Below are positions 1 through 14,562 of a DNA stretch of 64,000 nt, piece after piece (position 1 is the first letter of the stretch; every line of letters begins with the position of its first letter). The DNA is from Octopus vulgaris (taxonomy: Eukaryota). The notes beneath the pieces are model-generated. The model was not told the origin of the DNA, ran no database searches, and saw only the letters and a list, made by a program, of their open reading frames with translations. The stretch covers positions 138,198,001-138,262,000 of the forward strand of contig OX597815.1 of NCBI GenBank assembly GCA_951406725.2, in the 5' to 3' direction. The position numbers and the translations under genes are program-made.

Positions 1-1397
1 TCTGTCTCTCTCTAATATGCAGGAGGAATCGGTCGACAATCATAGAAAAAAATTCTCGAGACTGAATAAGTGCAGAATTGATATTATTTGTGAGAAGCTT
101 GTAAATATCGGAAGGGGAGAATCCAAATAATATAATAATGCAGCACTAAAGAGCAACGGTTGCACAAAGACCACAGTTTAGCTAGAGCGCAAGAAACAAG
201 AATCCATTCGTTCCTATGCTTTCATTAGCATTCTTGACATCATCTTTGGAAACAAACTCAAAAAAGATGAAGATGGAGACACTGATGTGAGTGACAGATG
301 TTCCCCTGGCTCTACTAACCCACAAAGGAACACAGATGAAACCATGAGTAAGCGACTTGTCAAGGATAGAGACACCAGTACTAATGGCCCTACCACCACC
401 AAAGTGAATAGCCAAAGAAATGAAAGGGTTAAAACTGGAAACCAAAATCGTCTGAAAATAAACAGGAACAGTAGGATGATGATACAAATAAAAAAGAAGA
501 AAAAGCAAAAACAACCCTCAAGAAGAACAACCAAAGAAAAAATAAGTTAGACCAAATTTACCAGATTTTAACACTGAAACATTAATTGCTTAACAGTAGT
601 TAAAAAGAAAACAGACACTGTGACAAGAAAGATCCTAGACAATAGAAATGTAAGAAAAAGAGAATACTCACAAGTGTGTAAATTATATCTGCGCCGTTTC
701 TGGTGGCATGGAGACGACAGTGCAAACACCGATTCCCATATCCGACTGAGTCACAGCTGCATGAGGCAGGACAAAAACTTCACTCGAAAGGGACGAACAC
801 ATTAAGAAAGATCCCAAAAGGAAAAAAAGTCGCGCATCATCTGCACCAAAACAAAAATACGATAATGTAGTTTTTCGAGGTTGCACCTATATAAAAATAG
901 GAATCACTAGAAATAATAGCTTCGAAACCCAAGAAATACCCGGAATGTAAACAGTAGCAGATTAATAGATGCACAAACAAGGGAGCTATCTAGTTCAAGT
1001 ACCATTAGCATAGGTAAAAGTAACAAGGAATGAAATATCTGTAAGTGTGGTAAAAATAAAATTTGTCCCTTAAATACACATTGTATGAGCAAGAACTTAG
1101 TATACCGATGTAGGACCACACCAGGGGGCAATTCTTACTTTTATATAAGTGCAACCTCTACAAACTTCAAATCGATACTGGCAAACCATTTAAGTTCGTC
1201 TAAGGATAAAATTAAGATGCACAACATTAGTTTGAGGAAGTTCATCTGGTCACTTAAGGATAAAATGCTAGCTTTAATATAGAATGGGAAAAACTTAGCA
1301 CAGCTGTACTTTATATAACAAGAGGAAAAAAGGTGTAACTTGAGCAAAAGGAAATTTACCAGATTTTAACATTGAAACATTAATTGCTTAACAGTAG
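1..1397 (+). mobile_element. Decayed Penelope-like retroelement (GIY-YIG endonuclease remnant)
   Basis: About 1040-1345 translates as CKCGKNKICPLNTHCMSKNLVYRC...FYISATSTNFKSILANH...LRKFIWSLK...IEWEKL...RCNL, the Cys-rich linker plus GIY-YIG pattern of PLEs; frameshifts and stops present; boundaries approximate. Confidence 0.7.
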
Positions 1398-2169
1398 ACT
1401 GGAACAGGCTATGATATCTGCCCCTGCATGGGTAAACATTTAAATACTCCCATGCAGCTGTTGGATAGTATAGTATCCACTACACAAATGGAGGTGCCTG
1501 AATTTGAGGGGTAAATGTCGGGACAATATCTGGTTTAACTTTTAACTAGGTAGCAGTATTATTACCAGCTTAAAATATCTGTTCTACAAATCATAGCAAC
1601 ACATATAGGACACAATAACTTCTATATAATCTAAAACTCAGTTAACAAGTGCATCTTTCATACGGACATCTTAAGTATATATGACATAATTCCTTCAATT
1701 AATTTAATTAATTTAATTAATTTTCATTCAATCTCTTTTAACACAGATGAAGCTATATTAGAACACTAAGATATACTGTGATCTAATTTAGTGTATAGAA
1801 CTCTTAGTTTTGTCTTGGAACTAAGGTTAACATAAAGTTAGATACAAAGCAAATTTTATATCCATATCAGGTTTCAACTTCTCCCCTTCACATTTCCTTT
1901 TGTATCTTAAGCCATAGTAAAATAAAGAAATATGCTAGCTACACATGAATAAATTCCTGCAGCAGAAACACGCGTCGGCCATTTAAACTAATTATGTTGC
2001 ATAAATAACTGTTAATTTAGAAGAAAGGTTTGAAAATGTACCAATCTCCGTATTCCATGTAATTGTTTTGGATTTACATCCCCGAAATCACACACACATA
2101 CACACACACACATTCAACACATGCACACAAACACACACACACACACATATATGTATGTATATAAATATG

Positions 2170-2330
2170 TGTGTTTGTGTGTCTGTATTTCCCCACCTCC
2201 ACTTCACAACCAATGTTGGTTTGTTTATGTTCCCTTCATTTGGTGGTTATCAAGTGTAAGAAATGAGTACTAAAGTCGGTGCCCCAGCATGGCCACAATG
2301 CAATGACTGTAACAAGTAAAGTATAAAAGA
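2170..2330 (+). mobile_element. 3' fragment of SINE family B
   Basis: ccccagcatggccacaatgcaatgactgtaacaagtaaa matches the 3' end of the copies at 15.1, 25.5 and 55.1 kb. Confidence 0.55.
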
Positions 2331-2770
2331 TATATATATATGTGTAAGTAGGCGTGGGTGTGTATGGAATTTACATTAAAAAATACATCAGACCAACAAG
2401 GTAGAAAAAATCATGTTAAATGTGTAATCGCCAAAGTTTTTTTGTATTCATTTTTCTTTGAGATTTATAAGGAAAAGAAATCCAACTAACCAAAAATTTG
2501 AGACAGTTTTTTAACTTCTATAGCAGTTACTACTTGCTATCAACATATTAAATATAGAAAGAAACCAATTCCATGTCTCCCTCCTGACAAATTTCTCGAA
2601 TTCAATGCTGAAGGATAATTTTACAATATTGTATAAATTGTTTCTGAAGAAAGACCATTTAGAATATATATTGACAAAAAATTCCTCCTAATCAAACGCC
2701 GTAAGCCAATATCTCCAAGGATGTATGTAATCAACGTTAGATTAAATTTACTGGGATATAGATGCTTGCG

Positions 2771-2802
<32 letters not shown>

Positions 2803-5520
2803 TGCATACATACATTAATTGTTACTCTGAAACACCATAAGAAGACAGTGCTATGTCTGAGAATCAACCGCAGGGAAGATGCGAAGCTTTCACTTATAAT
2901 ATGGATAATAAGTGTTAAAAATATGTTAATTATATATTAAGAAACTCTTAAAGGAAAACTTTAAATATGGAAGGAGTTTCGGAATTACAAGTTCTAGATA
3001 GAAAATTAGTAATCCCCAGGCAAGGACGTTACTGTAATGACTAAACTGATTTCGCATATTAGATTTTTGTATAATTCAGTCATCTGGAAAAAGTGCCTAT
3101 GGCCGTTGCTGGTTTCTTGAGATTCGTGAGATCAATATGAATTATGTTCAGCTTGAACGTCTGTAAGTCACCGTGTAGAGGAAAAAAAAAGACGATGCAG
3201 ACGGAGCAATATTTTAGGAAACCTTGCTTCGCCTAAACTTATATTTTTTTACATATGATATCGTTCTTATGAGGAAGAGTTGGACAAAGTGGTGCTTGCG
3301 AAGCATGGCTTTGTGATGGAGGCTGTAGTGTTTTGGTGAGTTAGACAATGGCCTTCTTTTAGACAGATATCGGATGATTGCATGGATGGTTGTTGCATTA
3401 GTCAGATGTAGTTGGAATATTTCATTGTGAGCCTTACTTGCTCTTTGTAAAGAGTCAGCAAATGATCAGAGTTAAAATTTGAAAATAATTTCTAAGCTTT
3501 GGGATGCAATTTTATGTAGCCAATCTGAGGAACAAAGCAGAATGGTTTTGTTCCTAGGACTACTCAATCGGGTTTGACATGAACTAAGCGCCAATTACTA
3601 CATCAACTCAATGCTTTTTTTCTCGCCCCGAAACACCGAAGAATCAATCTTAAAATAAATAACAATAAGACTAGGAAGAAATACAACTTCAACATAAACA
3701 ACTACATTATTTATAAGTCCGGTGATATATACAAATTCAACACAACACTTAGATATTTTATCATTAACAAATAAGACACTCATTAAAGATACAATAAGAA
3801 TCTTATTCTGATGCGGAAATATTTTCTCTATAATTGATTCCATAGAGAAATTATTGGATTAACCAAAAGAAAAAAAGTAAAACAAAATAAACAGTAGATG
3901 ATATGGAGCACTGTCTTAACAAAGCAAAACTGTGCTGAGAGTAAAGCAATAATTTTTTTGTTTCACATTTGGGCACAAGGTCAACATTTTGGCCCGTGCT
4001 CAGTTGGTACTTATTTTATGGAACTCGAAAGGATGAAAGGCAAAGTTGGAGCGTAAACTGCCGAAAGAAATGCCGCTAGGCCTTTTGTCAGTTGTACTTA
4101 CGACTTGAGACTAAAGTAATAGTTAGAAAGTATTTCACGTTGAGGATGGATCAGAACTATATGTTAAGAAAAAATCACCGGAGGACGTTTAAAAGTTATA
4201 ATCAGTTATAGTCAGTTTAGAGGAGTTTAGAAAAAATTCCATATATTCTATTTTAATATCGATTCCTTTTTCATTTAAAGTTATCGTTTTTTTTTGCCTG
4301 CATTTTGTCAGTTTCTTTTACTCCTCAACAAAGACACTAGTCTTACAGTCTTTATACTTATCGACAGCTCTTTCCTTTAGTATAAAGAATATATGCTCAC
4401 CCTAAGTACCTTAGAAACTATGTAACATTATAAATATATTCATATTACACGTTATAATTGGGTCAATTCACCGCGTTTATCCGATCATAAATTATTGTAG
4501 AAAGTTTGATATATAATCCAGGCAGATAGTTAAGTGACCCATGCCATTTAGCCAGGTAAGGAGTTTGACGAAGGAGCTGAACTAGGAAGTTGAATAAGGT
4601 CTAATACACACTAGATTAAATCAATTGTCGTGAAGAGAAATTTTAGGGCAATACGTCAGAAGGTGGTAACAGATAAGCTTTGTAAATATCCCAATACGGT
4701 GAACCTGTCAAAGTATAGAACAGCCAAAGTTTGAGAAATATCTTTAGAATTCAAATCCAGAAAATGACGAGGATATTACAGAGAAAGTAACAGCTTGAAT
4801 GGATATACTAATTTTAAACTTTATGACCGTTAGCAGTTGGGAGGTGACCAACAGAATATTATAATGTTGAATTCTTTCATTCCGCCTACATTAAACAAGC
4901 GCTGACGGCTCTACAAAAAATGGCGATAAGTTTGTAATAGGTACAGTTGTAAGCAGAATGTAACCGACTAAATGCTGGAATGTTGATAACTTCATTCATT
5001 TCGTCGACAAATCAATCATTGACAACTTTACTAACGGAAATGTTTGTAAACTACACTCAATATTGGTAAGCCTAAGAGAAAGGAACTTACGATTCTGTGA
5101 TGTTGTTACGCTCCGATAATAGCATACCTTGGTTTGGAACATTGCAAAACTGTTAGTATGCTATTCGAAAGTAGCCATTTTTGGAAAAGGAGACAATGGT
5201 AAACTTGAATAGATTAGGATACTAAGCTCGATAGCAAGAACAATAATTCTATAACTTATGGACCAAATTTCAAATGGGCTGTCCTTTCGATTAACGGTCC
5301 TTCAATTAATGTTTTCTTATCTATTTATATATTTCAATACACTCCATCTTTATTTATATTTTTACCAAATTCATTTCTCAACAAGTGATTTTTGAAGTGT
5401 CATTCCTCACCATTTTACTCGTCCCATACAATCCCAGTCCATACTATTCCATGCTACTTTATTTCTCTATTAATACTCCTCTGTATTACTCGTTCTCCTT
5501 TCCCTTTTCCTTATTTTGTT

Positions 5521-5527
5521 CACACAC

Positions 5528-5613
<86 letters not shown>
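5521..5613. repeat. (CA)n microsatellite
   Basis: Direct reading. Confidence 0.98.
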
Positions 5614-5616
<3 letters not shown>

Positions 5617-7109
5617 ACTACCAGCAAAAAGTTTCCGTCATAACTTGCCTGAGACCCTGTGAGCATTTGCTTATATTTTACATTGACGTCCCATTGCTAA
5701 ATTTGTTTGATAGTGGTAGCTGCTATATCCTATTGGGTCGAAGTTTCACAGCAAATTTTTACACTTAATATTTTCTCTGAAAGCTAAATATTTAGGGAGG
5801 TTGGACTAAAAGCTACACGCTAATGTAATTCTTGTATACGGTGTTGCCGTTGGCGTAAAACATAGCTTCTTATTTATTTACTTAATTAGGCGAAACGGCT
5901 GGAGCTGTAGTCTTGAATACAACTCATTGTTGATTACGGGCTTAGAAAAGTCAACTCTTTGGCTGGTTACAGGGTTCTAGAGTCGACCCATTGTTTGGTT
6001 TTCCGGCAGTAAACTAGAATACCCACGATTCTCAGAAATGTGTACTATATCTTAATAAATACAGAAGACCGAGTGTTGTAGAAAGTTGTATTTATTGATC
6101 TATGGAATCACTTTCAATATATTACAGGTGCTTATTATACTCATTTAGGAAGAATAAAATCGATCTCTGAGTAATTTGAACTCATAGCGTGATAGCTTAA
6201 ACTAGTTAGTTACATTGAAGAATTCACTCCATTGTGTTACTGCCTCCGTTATTTCTATCAACATAGGTTGAACTTAGCACAGAAAATAATTTTATATTGC
6301 TCACACAATCTCCCCCAATCTCTTACAAACATAATTCACGTTCTCACTTTCTTATATGTTTTGCTTTTACCATTCAATTTTTCTCTTTCATAGACATAAA
6401 TCGAATTTTAGTAAAATATCGTATAATACGGTTGCAGTTATAAAAAGAACTATTAGGGAAGATGAAACAGAGCAACCATACATCTTACGTGAGAATCTCC
6501 TCTAATAACAGTTCTGTTAAACAGAAAGTTTACCAAACTATGACCATTCAGTCTTAGTATCCACGTAATTACATTCCAAAACGTAGGTATACCAAAATCA
6601 AAGTAATATTGGTCTTAGATAACTTCGATCAGTGTTACCATACCAACAAAGTAATGTTAATAGTCGTTAGAACTACTAGTAGATCGATAGTAAAGAATAA
6701 GACATTTAGCTTTATGGTTTGAATGCATTTGGCGAATTTATAATGAACCCCTCTTAATATATCCTAGCATCAGATTGCTTAGATTTATGAAAGGAGGAAA
6801 TTAAGGCGAAAATAAAAAGCGATATTTGGGAAAATATAAGTATGAAGAGAAAGAAGTTTTGTATGAGATTAATGATTTTGTACACCTACTCTGTGTATGT
6901 AGGCGGGGGTGTAGATGATGGAATCGACTCTGTATATTATTGGTACTTATGAGCTCAACCTGAGGAAATGAAATGGAAAATAAACCCGGACAGGATTTTG
7001 AAATCAGAACGTAAAGGAATGTAAATAAAATACTACATATTATTTTAACTGGTGCAATGAATACTGAAAGTTAATTTATCCGGTCTTAGCGATACTTCAG
7101 TCTGCCAGT

Positions 7110-7285
7110 GTTTAAAAGGTCAGGAATTTTAGTGTATATTTCGGTACCAGTACCTGACTGGTACTTATTTTATCGATCTTGGAAGGAAAAGTCGCTGTCG
7201 GTAGGATTTGAATTCAGAACGTAAAGGGCCGTAGCTAAATACTGCAGAGCATTTTGTACGATTCTCTAAGAGAATTCTGCCAATT
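7110..7285 (-). mobile_element. Degenerate SINE family A-related copy
   Basis: ctggtacttattttatcga...gtcg...ggatttgaattcagaacgtaa is the reverse complement of the family A core; similar decayed copies near 3970-4110, 6920-7070, 23520-23690, 48010-48160, 50530-50700 and 50820-51030. Confidence 0.6.
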
Positions 7286-7619
7286 GACCGTTTCGCATAG
7301 ATGGTCAATAAACAACAACAAAAAAGTTAAGTCAATAAGGATAAGGCAAAGAGAATCAGAATGATAATAGCAAATCAACTTCTTTTAATTTTAAGTCTCT
7401 TAAAAAAAAAGAGTCTCTATTACAAGCAATTATTTATGTGTAAAATCCTCATTTATCTCAATTGTTCGATCTTACATAAATCAAGCTAATCTATCAATGA
7501 AAAGCCAGCTCACTTTCCACAGACTATTCACGACGGGTTATCGAGAGGGTGGATATAACGCAAAATTAAGATTAGTGAGAAGAAATAGCGATATCAGTGA
7601 AGAAACCTGTCCTTGTGGT

Positions 7620-7800
7620 GAGGGGCGTTGCACTTACGATCGCAAGGTTGTGGTTTCGATTCCTGGACCGGACAGTGCCTTGTGCTCTTGAGTAAAACTC
7701 TTCATTTTACGTTACTCTGCGATCACTTCGACATCTGATGTGTGGCACGCTGATGTGTGGTATCAACAAACGACCACGATAAAGAGATCATCTGTTCAGG
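7620..7800 (+). mobile_element. Degenerate SINE family C copy
   Basis: gatcgcaaggttgtggtttcgattcctggaccgg...ttgtgctcttgagtaaaac matches the 18132 copy (B-box-like). Confidence 0.6.
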
Positions 7801-8498
7801 TTGTTCAGCAAGAGATTGCGGAAGACTCATCTGTCATTTACTATAGGAAGGTCTTCCAGTGTGATATCATACCTCTTAGCTACTATACTATTTTATGTTT
7901 AGATAAACATTCCATACAGTTAAAGATTCCATATATCTCTCTCTTCTATTACACCTTCTCCAAATATATCTGTTCACAATGAATTGCACTGTTCGAAACT
8001 TTTGGTACGTATTTGAACGGCGAAAATAGTACTAAATACTCTAGGTCAAGGAAATTTTCGATTACAAAATATACATAATGATTATAATAAAAATATATAA
8101 TAGTCAATTAATAGCTAGATCGAAATTGAAATGGGGTATAAATGACAAGAGAGTTTACAGAAAGCCTAACTGGTATTTACGTTCCCGGAAGGATTAAAGT
8201 AAAGTCTCTATCGGCAAATTAAACTCAAAACAGTGAAGGCAAAAAAACTTAGATACTTAAATGGCTAGATATGCAACAGGCAATTAATTTTACCGTCAAT
8301 TAATTTCTCATCGCGAATCTCAAACATTCTCCATGTGGTGTGGAGTACCTGTTTTTGGAACATGGCATCATACCATAATAGTCTTAGAATGTAAGAAATA
8401 TAAATGTTGGGTAGTTTTTCCACATAAACCACTGACGTTTTTCAAATGTAGTGGTATATTTTGCATAATTTTATTGTTTAATATAGATATATAGATTT

Positions 8499-8906
8499 GG
8501 GCGGCGAGCTGGCAGGATCGTTAGCACGGGCGAAATGCTTAGCAGTAATTCGTCTGCCGTTACATTCTGAGTTCAAATTCCGCCGAGGTCGACTTTGCCT
8601 TTCATCCTTTCGGGGACGATAAATTAAGTACGAGTTACGCAGTGGGGTCGACATAATAGACTTAATCCGTTTGTCTGTCCTTGTTTGTCCTCTCTGTGTT
8701 TAGCTCCTTGTGGGTAATAAAGAAATAGGTAATTCGTGTACCGTTACGTTCTGAGTTCAAATTCCGCCGAAGTCGACTTCATCTTTTATCCTTTCGGGGT
8801 CGATTAAATAAGTACTAGTTACGCGCTGGGGTCAATGTTATCGATCTAATTCCTTTGTCCTTGTGTGTCCCCTCTATGTTTAAACCCTGTGGGCAATAAA
8901 GAAATA
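8499..8906 (+). mobile_element. SINE family A (tRNA-derived), head-to-tail dimer
   Basis: ggcggcgagctggcag...gagttcaaattccgcc (B box), core gtcgactttgcctttcatcctttcgggg, end aaagaaata; a second 5'-truncated unit starts about 8729. Confidence 0.9.
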
Positions 8907-9169
8907 GATATAAATCTCTTTATACAAACAGGTAAATCACATGTCACTTCTTTTGATTCGTTGGCTTCAAACAAACTTTGTCGTGCTTTAGAAATGTAGA
9001 GCGTGGAACGAGAACGTAGGATATGTGCTGAGATTGGTGGAAAGAAAGGGATGGATTATATAGAGAAATAGATAAGCGGGAGATTGATATAATAGGAGGG
9101 AAGGTTCAGAATCTCAAATACCTAGTTCTTTCCCCACTAAAACTATATATATATATACATATCTATCTG

Positions 9170-10870
9170 TCTGTCTGTCAGTGTTTTGACCTTTGTATTT
9201 AGGCATGTTTCTTGGTATTTTAGGGGATTCGTATTCAAGGGTTCATATAAGAATGTAAGTATGTAGTAACGTTTAGTTAGTTGCTAGGCTGATAGAAAAT
9301 TTTGTGGAAACGATTTGAAAGTATGAAAGCACATAGATAATTTGTGCATGACTTGTTTAGTGTAGAGTTTTAATATCAATATTTATGTGCATTATTATGG
9401 GTGTAGTTAATGAGAAGGTAAATATTTAAGAAGTATGGTGAGGTATTTTCATATTTAGCTGTTATAAAAAACTATTGGTGTTTTAAAGATTTAAAGGGAG
9501 CGAGCTGGCAGAAATGTTAGCACGCTGGGCGAAATGCTTAGCGGTATTTCGTCTGCCGTTACGTTCTGGGTTCATAAATTCCGCCGAGGTCGACTTTGCC
9601 TTTCATCCTTTCGGGTCGTTAAATTAAGTACGAGTTACGCACTGGGGTCCATGTAATCGACTTAATCCGTTTGTCTGTCCTTGTTTGTCCACTCTGTGTT
9701 TAGCCCCTTGTGGGTAGTAAAGAGATAGGAGTTTTAAAGATCTTGTGATTATATGAGGAAACTTATTCAGAGTCTCGGTTCAGAGTTTGGTTCTTGAATG
9801 TCGGAAGGTGATAGAATTCGTCGGTACAGAGTTGGCGGGGTTTGTTGTTATCTTTGTATGGTTGTGCGTGTGACAATATATCCTAGTGGAATAATTCTTG
9901 GTTTTAATCTCATATCTTTGGACAGAGAGGTGTCAGTTTTCTTGTTTGGGTTGCAAAAAGAGTGTGTTGGTTGTATCGCGTTTTGAACTGGTTTGCTATG
10001 GACTCTATATATGTAGATGTAGTAGTAGGTGTAATATTCAGGGATACTCTAGTGCTATGGACAATATTTCTTGAGAGACATTTTCCTTCTTGAGCACAAG
10101 ATGAAGGCTTTCAACAATTCCTTTTGTTGTAATGTATGTGACTTTAGTTTTCAGTTTTTGGTGGTTACAGTTTTTTCAAAGTTATTGGTTGTAGAACATG
10201 ACGGTTTTATGGTGTGTTTGCCTATCAGTTTGTGATTAGGGTGATGGAAATGCTTTTGGAGTATTTTGAAAAATAACTTGCCTATTGGTGTGAAGATATA
10301 CAATATGCATGTTGAAAGCAGTAGTAGTGGTGGGGAGTTTAAACCAAATGATTTTCCTTTTTCTATTCTTACACTTTATTTATAGAAGGAGTGGTTTTGT
10401 TCATATATTCTACTCTACCTTTTCCTTATATCTGCTATCATTGATAGCTTCATTTTAAGCGGTTGCTCGTTGAATATTTTTAAATTAGAGGGTGAAGAAG
10501 AAAGTGTAAGAGAAATGTTCCTTACTAAGTTTTTAATTATACCATTGGGGCGATTGGAATGTTTATGGGTGCATTAGGTTTTTCATTCTCCTTGTATAAT
10601 TTGCAGATACTGGATTCAAAGCCGAGTGTACCATGGCAGAAAATGGAAATTTGCCGTGTAAGTGTTCTAATATGCAAAGGTCGACAATATCGCTTACTTC
10701 TGCCGAGTTCTTTGATCTCATGCTCAAGTCAAAAGATTATTCGGTGTTTTCCTTGATCCAGAAAGTATTGTCGAGGAAGAGGAGGAATTTCCTTTCTTGT
10801 AATATTGTAGCTATTTCAGTGGTCGCGACTTGAGCTTCAAGCCTCTGTAATCTTCAGGTGAGAACAGAAT
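9170..10870 (-). mobile_element. Decayed Penelope-like element (RT C-terminus + GIY-YIG), interrupted by a SINE
   Basis: Minus-strand remnants RKIIWFKLP and CAQEGKCLSRNIVH...TYIESIANQFKTRYNQH...TSLSK resemble PLE RT-thumb/GIY-YIG motifs; many stops; ends approximate. Confidence 0.65.
9496..9727 (+). mobile_element. SINE family A
   Basis: Near-identical to the 8499 and 51304 copies; flanked by gg(t/a)gttttaaagat duplication. Confidence 0.9.
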
Positions 10871-12704
10871 TCTCTGGGTTCTCGCCTAAAGATTTATGCG
10901 GTATGAAACTCATCACGCGACAAACCCAGTTACAGTTTCAATAAACGTTTATTTCACACACACGCACACACACACACACACACATACACACACACACACA
11001 TTCATCTGCACACGCCTCCCCCGCACAATCACACACATGGTTTAATGATTAAGAAATTTGCTCACCAACCACGCGATCCCGACTTCAATCTCGCTGCAAT
11101 ATCGACTTCAATCTCACTGGAAAGTTGCCACTTCGTATAGCTTCTAATCGATTCATATATTCTGAGTAAAATTGGATTGCTGGAAACAGTATTGAAGCCA
11201 GTCGGATGGATTGTACACGTAATTCAAAAGCACGCCTTGTCACCTACTGTCACGCTGATTATACATGAATTACTTTAAGGTATACACGTCATTCACTCTA
11301 CTTTAATAAGCAGGTAATTTAGTTTATTGTAGAAATGAATTTTCCTCGTGGAAACCGACGGAGATCCATGCACATCAACACCTGTTTATACATTTACACA
11401 TACTGTATTTGTGTCTCAGGCTTCTCCTTCTCATTCCTTATCGTCAACAACATTAGTTCATATTAATAAAATCTATGGTAAAACTGAATTAAGTTGGAGA
11501 ATTCTTTTATTGTTTATTGATGTAGCTTATGGAGAGAAAATGACATTGAAGCATGTATAATAATTCATTATCATATAAAAGGAACAGTTTTATTTGTGCT
11601 GAGCAATTTTTAATTTAGTCTGTTTAAGAGATGATGTTTTTTGTAAATATTTTAGGTTTTACTGACGAGTAAAGTGAATATTGACCAAAAGGAAGAACAT
11701 GTTATAAACATGTCTATAATTTCCATTTCGAAGCTTCAGCTATTGATCAAATATTTGGCAGAAAGCAGGTTGTTTCGAGGTAATAATGTTTGGTTTTGCT
11801 TCTTCGAGGAAAATGTTTGCAAATAAATGCAATAAAAACGATAATTATGGTTTTATAACAATGCTAGAAGATTGTTTTCCTTCTAGAAATACACAATTGA
11901 AAAACAATGCGAAACGATTTTATATTTTTATGAAGGGCATTAAGAATTGTAAAGAAATGTTTTATGCAACACGATTAGAAATATAATAAAATATAAATGA
12001 ATATGGAAAAGAAATAGATAAAACATGTATTTATTGAATGTGTATAAAGTTCAGTATCATGAGAAGTAACATGTATCATAATTTGTGGAAATATTCATGA
12101 TAACACTTAGTTTCAAACATTAACTTGTTTCCGTCAAATCGCGTGGTTATGGATTCAGATGTTGACATTAGTCAGTATCAATCATTCTTTTCAAGTTGAA
12201 TGGGTTTCCCAGGAATTTTAGTTTAAATATATAATAATGTTTAAAGTTTAGTGTAAGTTATTACGTACATGATTCTAGATGAATATAAACATTATAATTA
12301 GGTATGATAAGGAAAAAGTAATACAATCTTTTCTGGGATTCATTGTTTCAAGAATCTGTATTTCAAGATCTAGATACTTAATTTTTAGTGACAACTTTTT
12401 AGAAGTATCCAGAAGAAAGGTACCAGGTAAAACATAAATGTAATCCAAAGGGAGTGCGGATTGCAATCTTTAGCTTTTAAGATGTCTTCTAGCCATTGTT
12501 AGTGGATTATTTCAGAAGTTGTTTATGTTAGAAAAGACGCCTGGACAAGAAGAGAATTCCATTCAGTTGTAGATCTGGAGAAGAAAAATTAATTATTGTA
12601 TTTCATTCTGTATCCCGAGGTGAGAAACAGCAGAGAAGATGGTAGAAGAGATTTTAGTAGATTTAAAAGATGAATGCTCAATGTACAAGTGGTAGTAGGA
12701 AAGC

Positions 12705-12708
<4 letters not shown>

Positions 12709-12780
<72 letters not shown>
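12709..12780. repeat. (GA)n microsatellite
   Basis: Direct reading. Confidence 0.98.
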
Positions 12781-12784
<4 letters not shown>

Positions 12785-14404
12785 GTAACATGAAAGGAAG
12801 TACAGTAGCTGTTGATTGAATACTTGCCTATCAGATGTTTATATTTTCTTGGAAGCAGCTTAAATGAATGTATCTGTGAATGTTAACTGCCTCGTTCCAG
12901 GTTTTTGGGAGATTATTTAGGATAAACTGAAATATTTTCTACTGCTCGAATTAAACAGGATCATGATGTTAATCAGGTTTTCGTAACAATCTGAGATGAT
13001 GAAAGCTAAAGGAAGGATTCGTCGTAATATTTCTTAAAGAAGTAATGTTCAGTGACACTTCAAATCAATATATTAGTCTAAGGTGTCATTTGGAAGCATG
13101 TAATGCTTGCATATTTTACACATGTATTACACCTGTGATTGTTGACAAGGTTCTGCATCCCATCCCACTATGGAAAAAATAATATCTATCCAACATACCA
13201 GCAATAAGTCAAGCTGTTGATCCCATATAATCAGATAAATTAGCCATATTTGCTTCATAGGAAGTTAGAATTGGAGTGATAATGAAAAAAATTATTGCAC
13301 GTATTGTAAAAAGTGAAAACGCTTCCACTTAGAATAGAACCATGTTTTTTGCAGTGTTTTTCATTAAATAATTTAATTTCACTTGTGCTAATGGGTAAAA
13401 GATATAATATTGAAAAACAAAAACGGCCAGTAGAGATGAGTGTTTGAAAACATTATAGTCACAATGATATTACTATGAAATATAATGTATGAAAGAGAAA
13501 TTTATATTGAATATAGGAAGCATAATTAAAAGAAACAAAAGGAAACGTTATGTTCTTAGAAATGTGCGCCGAGATCTATAGATTTGAAATAATGAAAGAG
13601 AAATGAACGTAACATGAATAAGAGGGTTGCATGACCTTGGAACGCGTCTATATGAGTTTCTATTGAGAACAAGAAGTGAAGGTATCTTAGAAAGGAAGTT
13701 TAGGAGTAATTTGGCAAATACACTTGAAAGCTCATGAAACGTGCATTTTCATCAATAGATATGTAAGCATATTGTTAATATCACACCCAAAGGAGCACTT
13801 TGAGCCAATTTCATTGTATAATAGTTGAAGACTTTCAACAATACAACCTGCTGATCAACTTGTAAAATGGTGAACACTCGTGTGAACTGCTTTTATTGGA
13901 TTTAAAAGGGATTTATAGTTTTCTGCCTATAGGAATACAGTACTTTATATGCATCATGCTACTGCAAACAAAATTAGAGATAAAGGCAAACACTAAGCGT
14001 TTCTCCAATAACCTTTGTATCGGATTCCCATCCTATCAGACCGTTAGTCTAATACATCTCATTTTCTTCCCCTGTGGTAGTATGAACTAGATTATAAGAG
14101 AATAGTAATTTCCCTAGAATACTGAAATAGCAATACATCGAAAAACAAAATTAAATGAAAAGCTGATAGATTACCCGAAAGCAAGGCGTATAGAATATTT
14201 GATTAGTTTATATGAATGGGCACGCGTATTGATAATAAAATGCAAATATTTCTAGAAGACCGTCGGCGATGTTTTGATAAAACTAAAAGCGCATTCACGA
14301 GGAGTTTTAGAAAGAAACGAATCAATGACTGTACTGATTGTACTGCAGTTCTCTCTTGGAAAGTATGGTTAGCAGATGTAAAAAAGCTTGAAATTAGTCA
14401 ACTT

Positions 14405-14407
<3 letters not shown>

Positions 14408-14468
<61 letters not shown>

Positions 14469-14562
14469 TGTATGTATGTATGTATGTATGTATGTATGTG
14501 TTTGTGTGTGTGTTTGTGTGTTTGTGTGTGCGTGTTTGTGTGTGTGTGAGTGTGTGTGTGTG
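14408..14562. repeat. Compound (TA)n(TATG)n(TG)n microsatellite
   Basis: Direct reading. Confidence 0.97.

Noticed and set aside
8499-8590. tRNA-like sequences at SINE heads as tRNA genes
   Set aside because: A/B-box-like motifs are present but there is no complete cloverleaf, and each continues into a SINE body.
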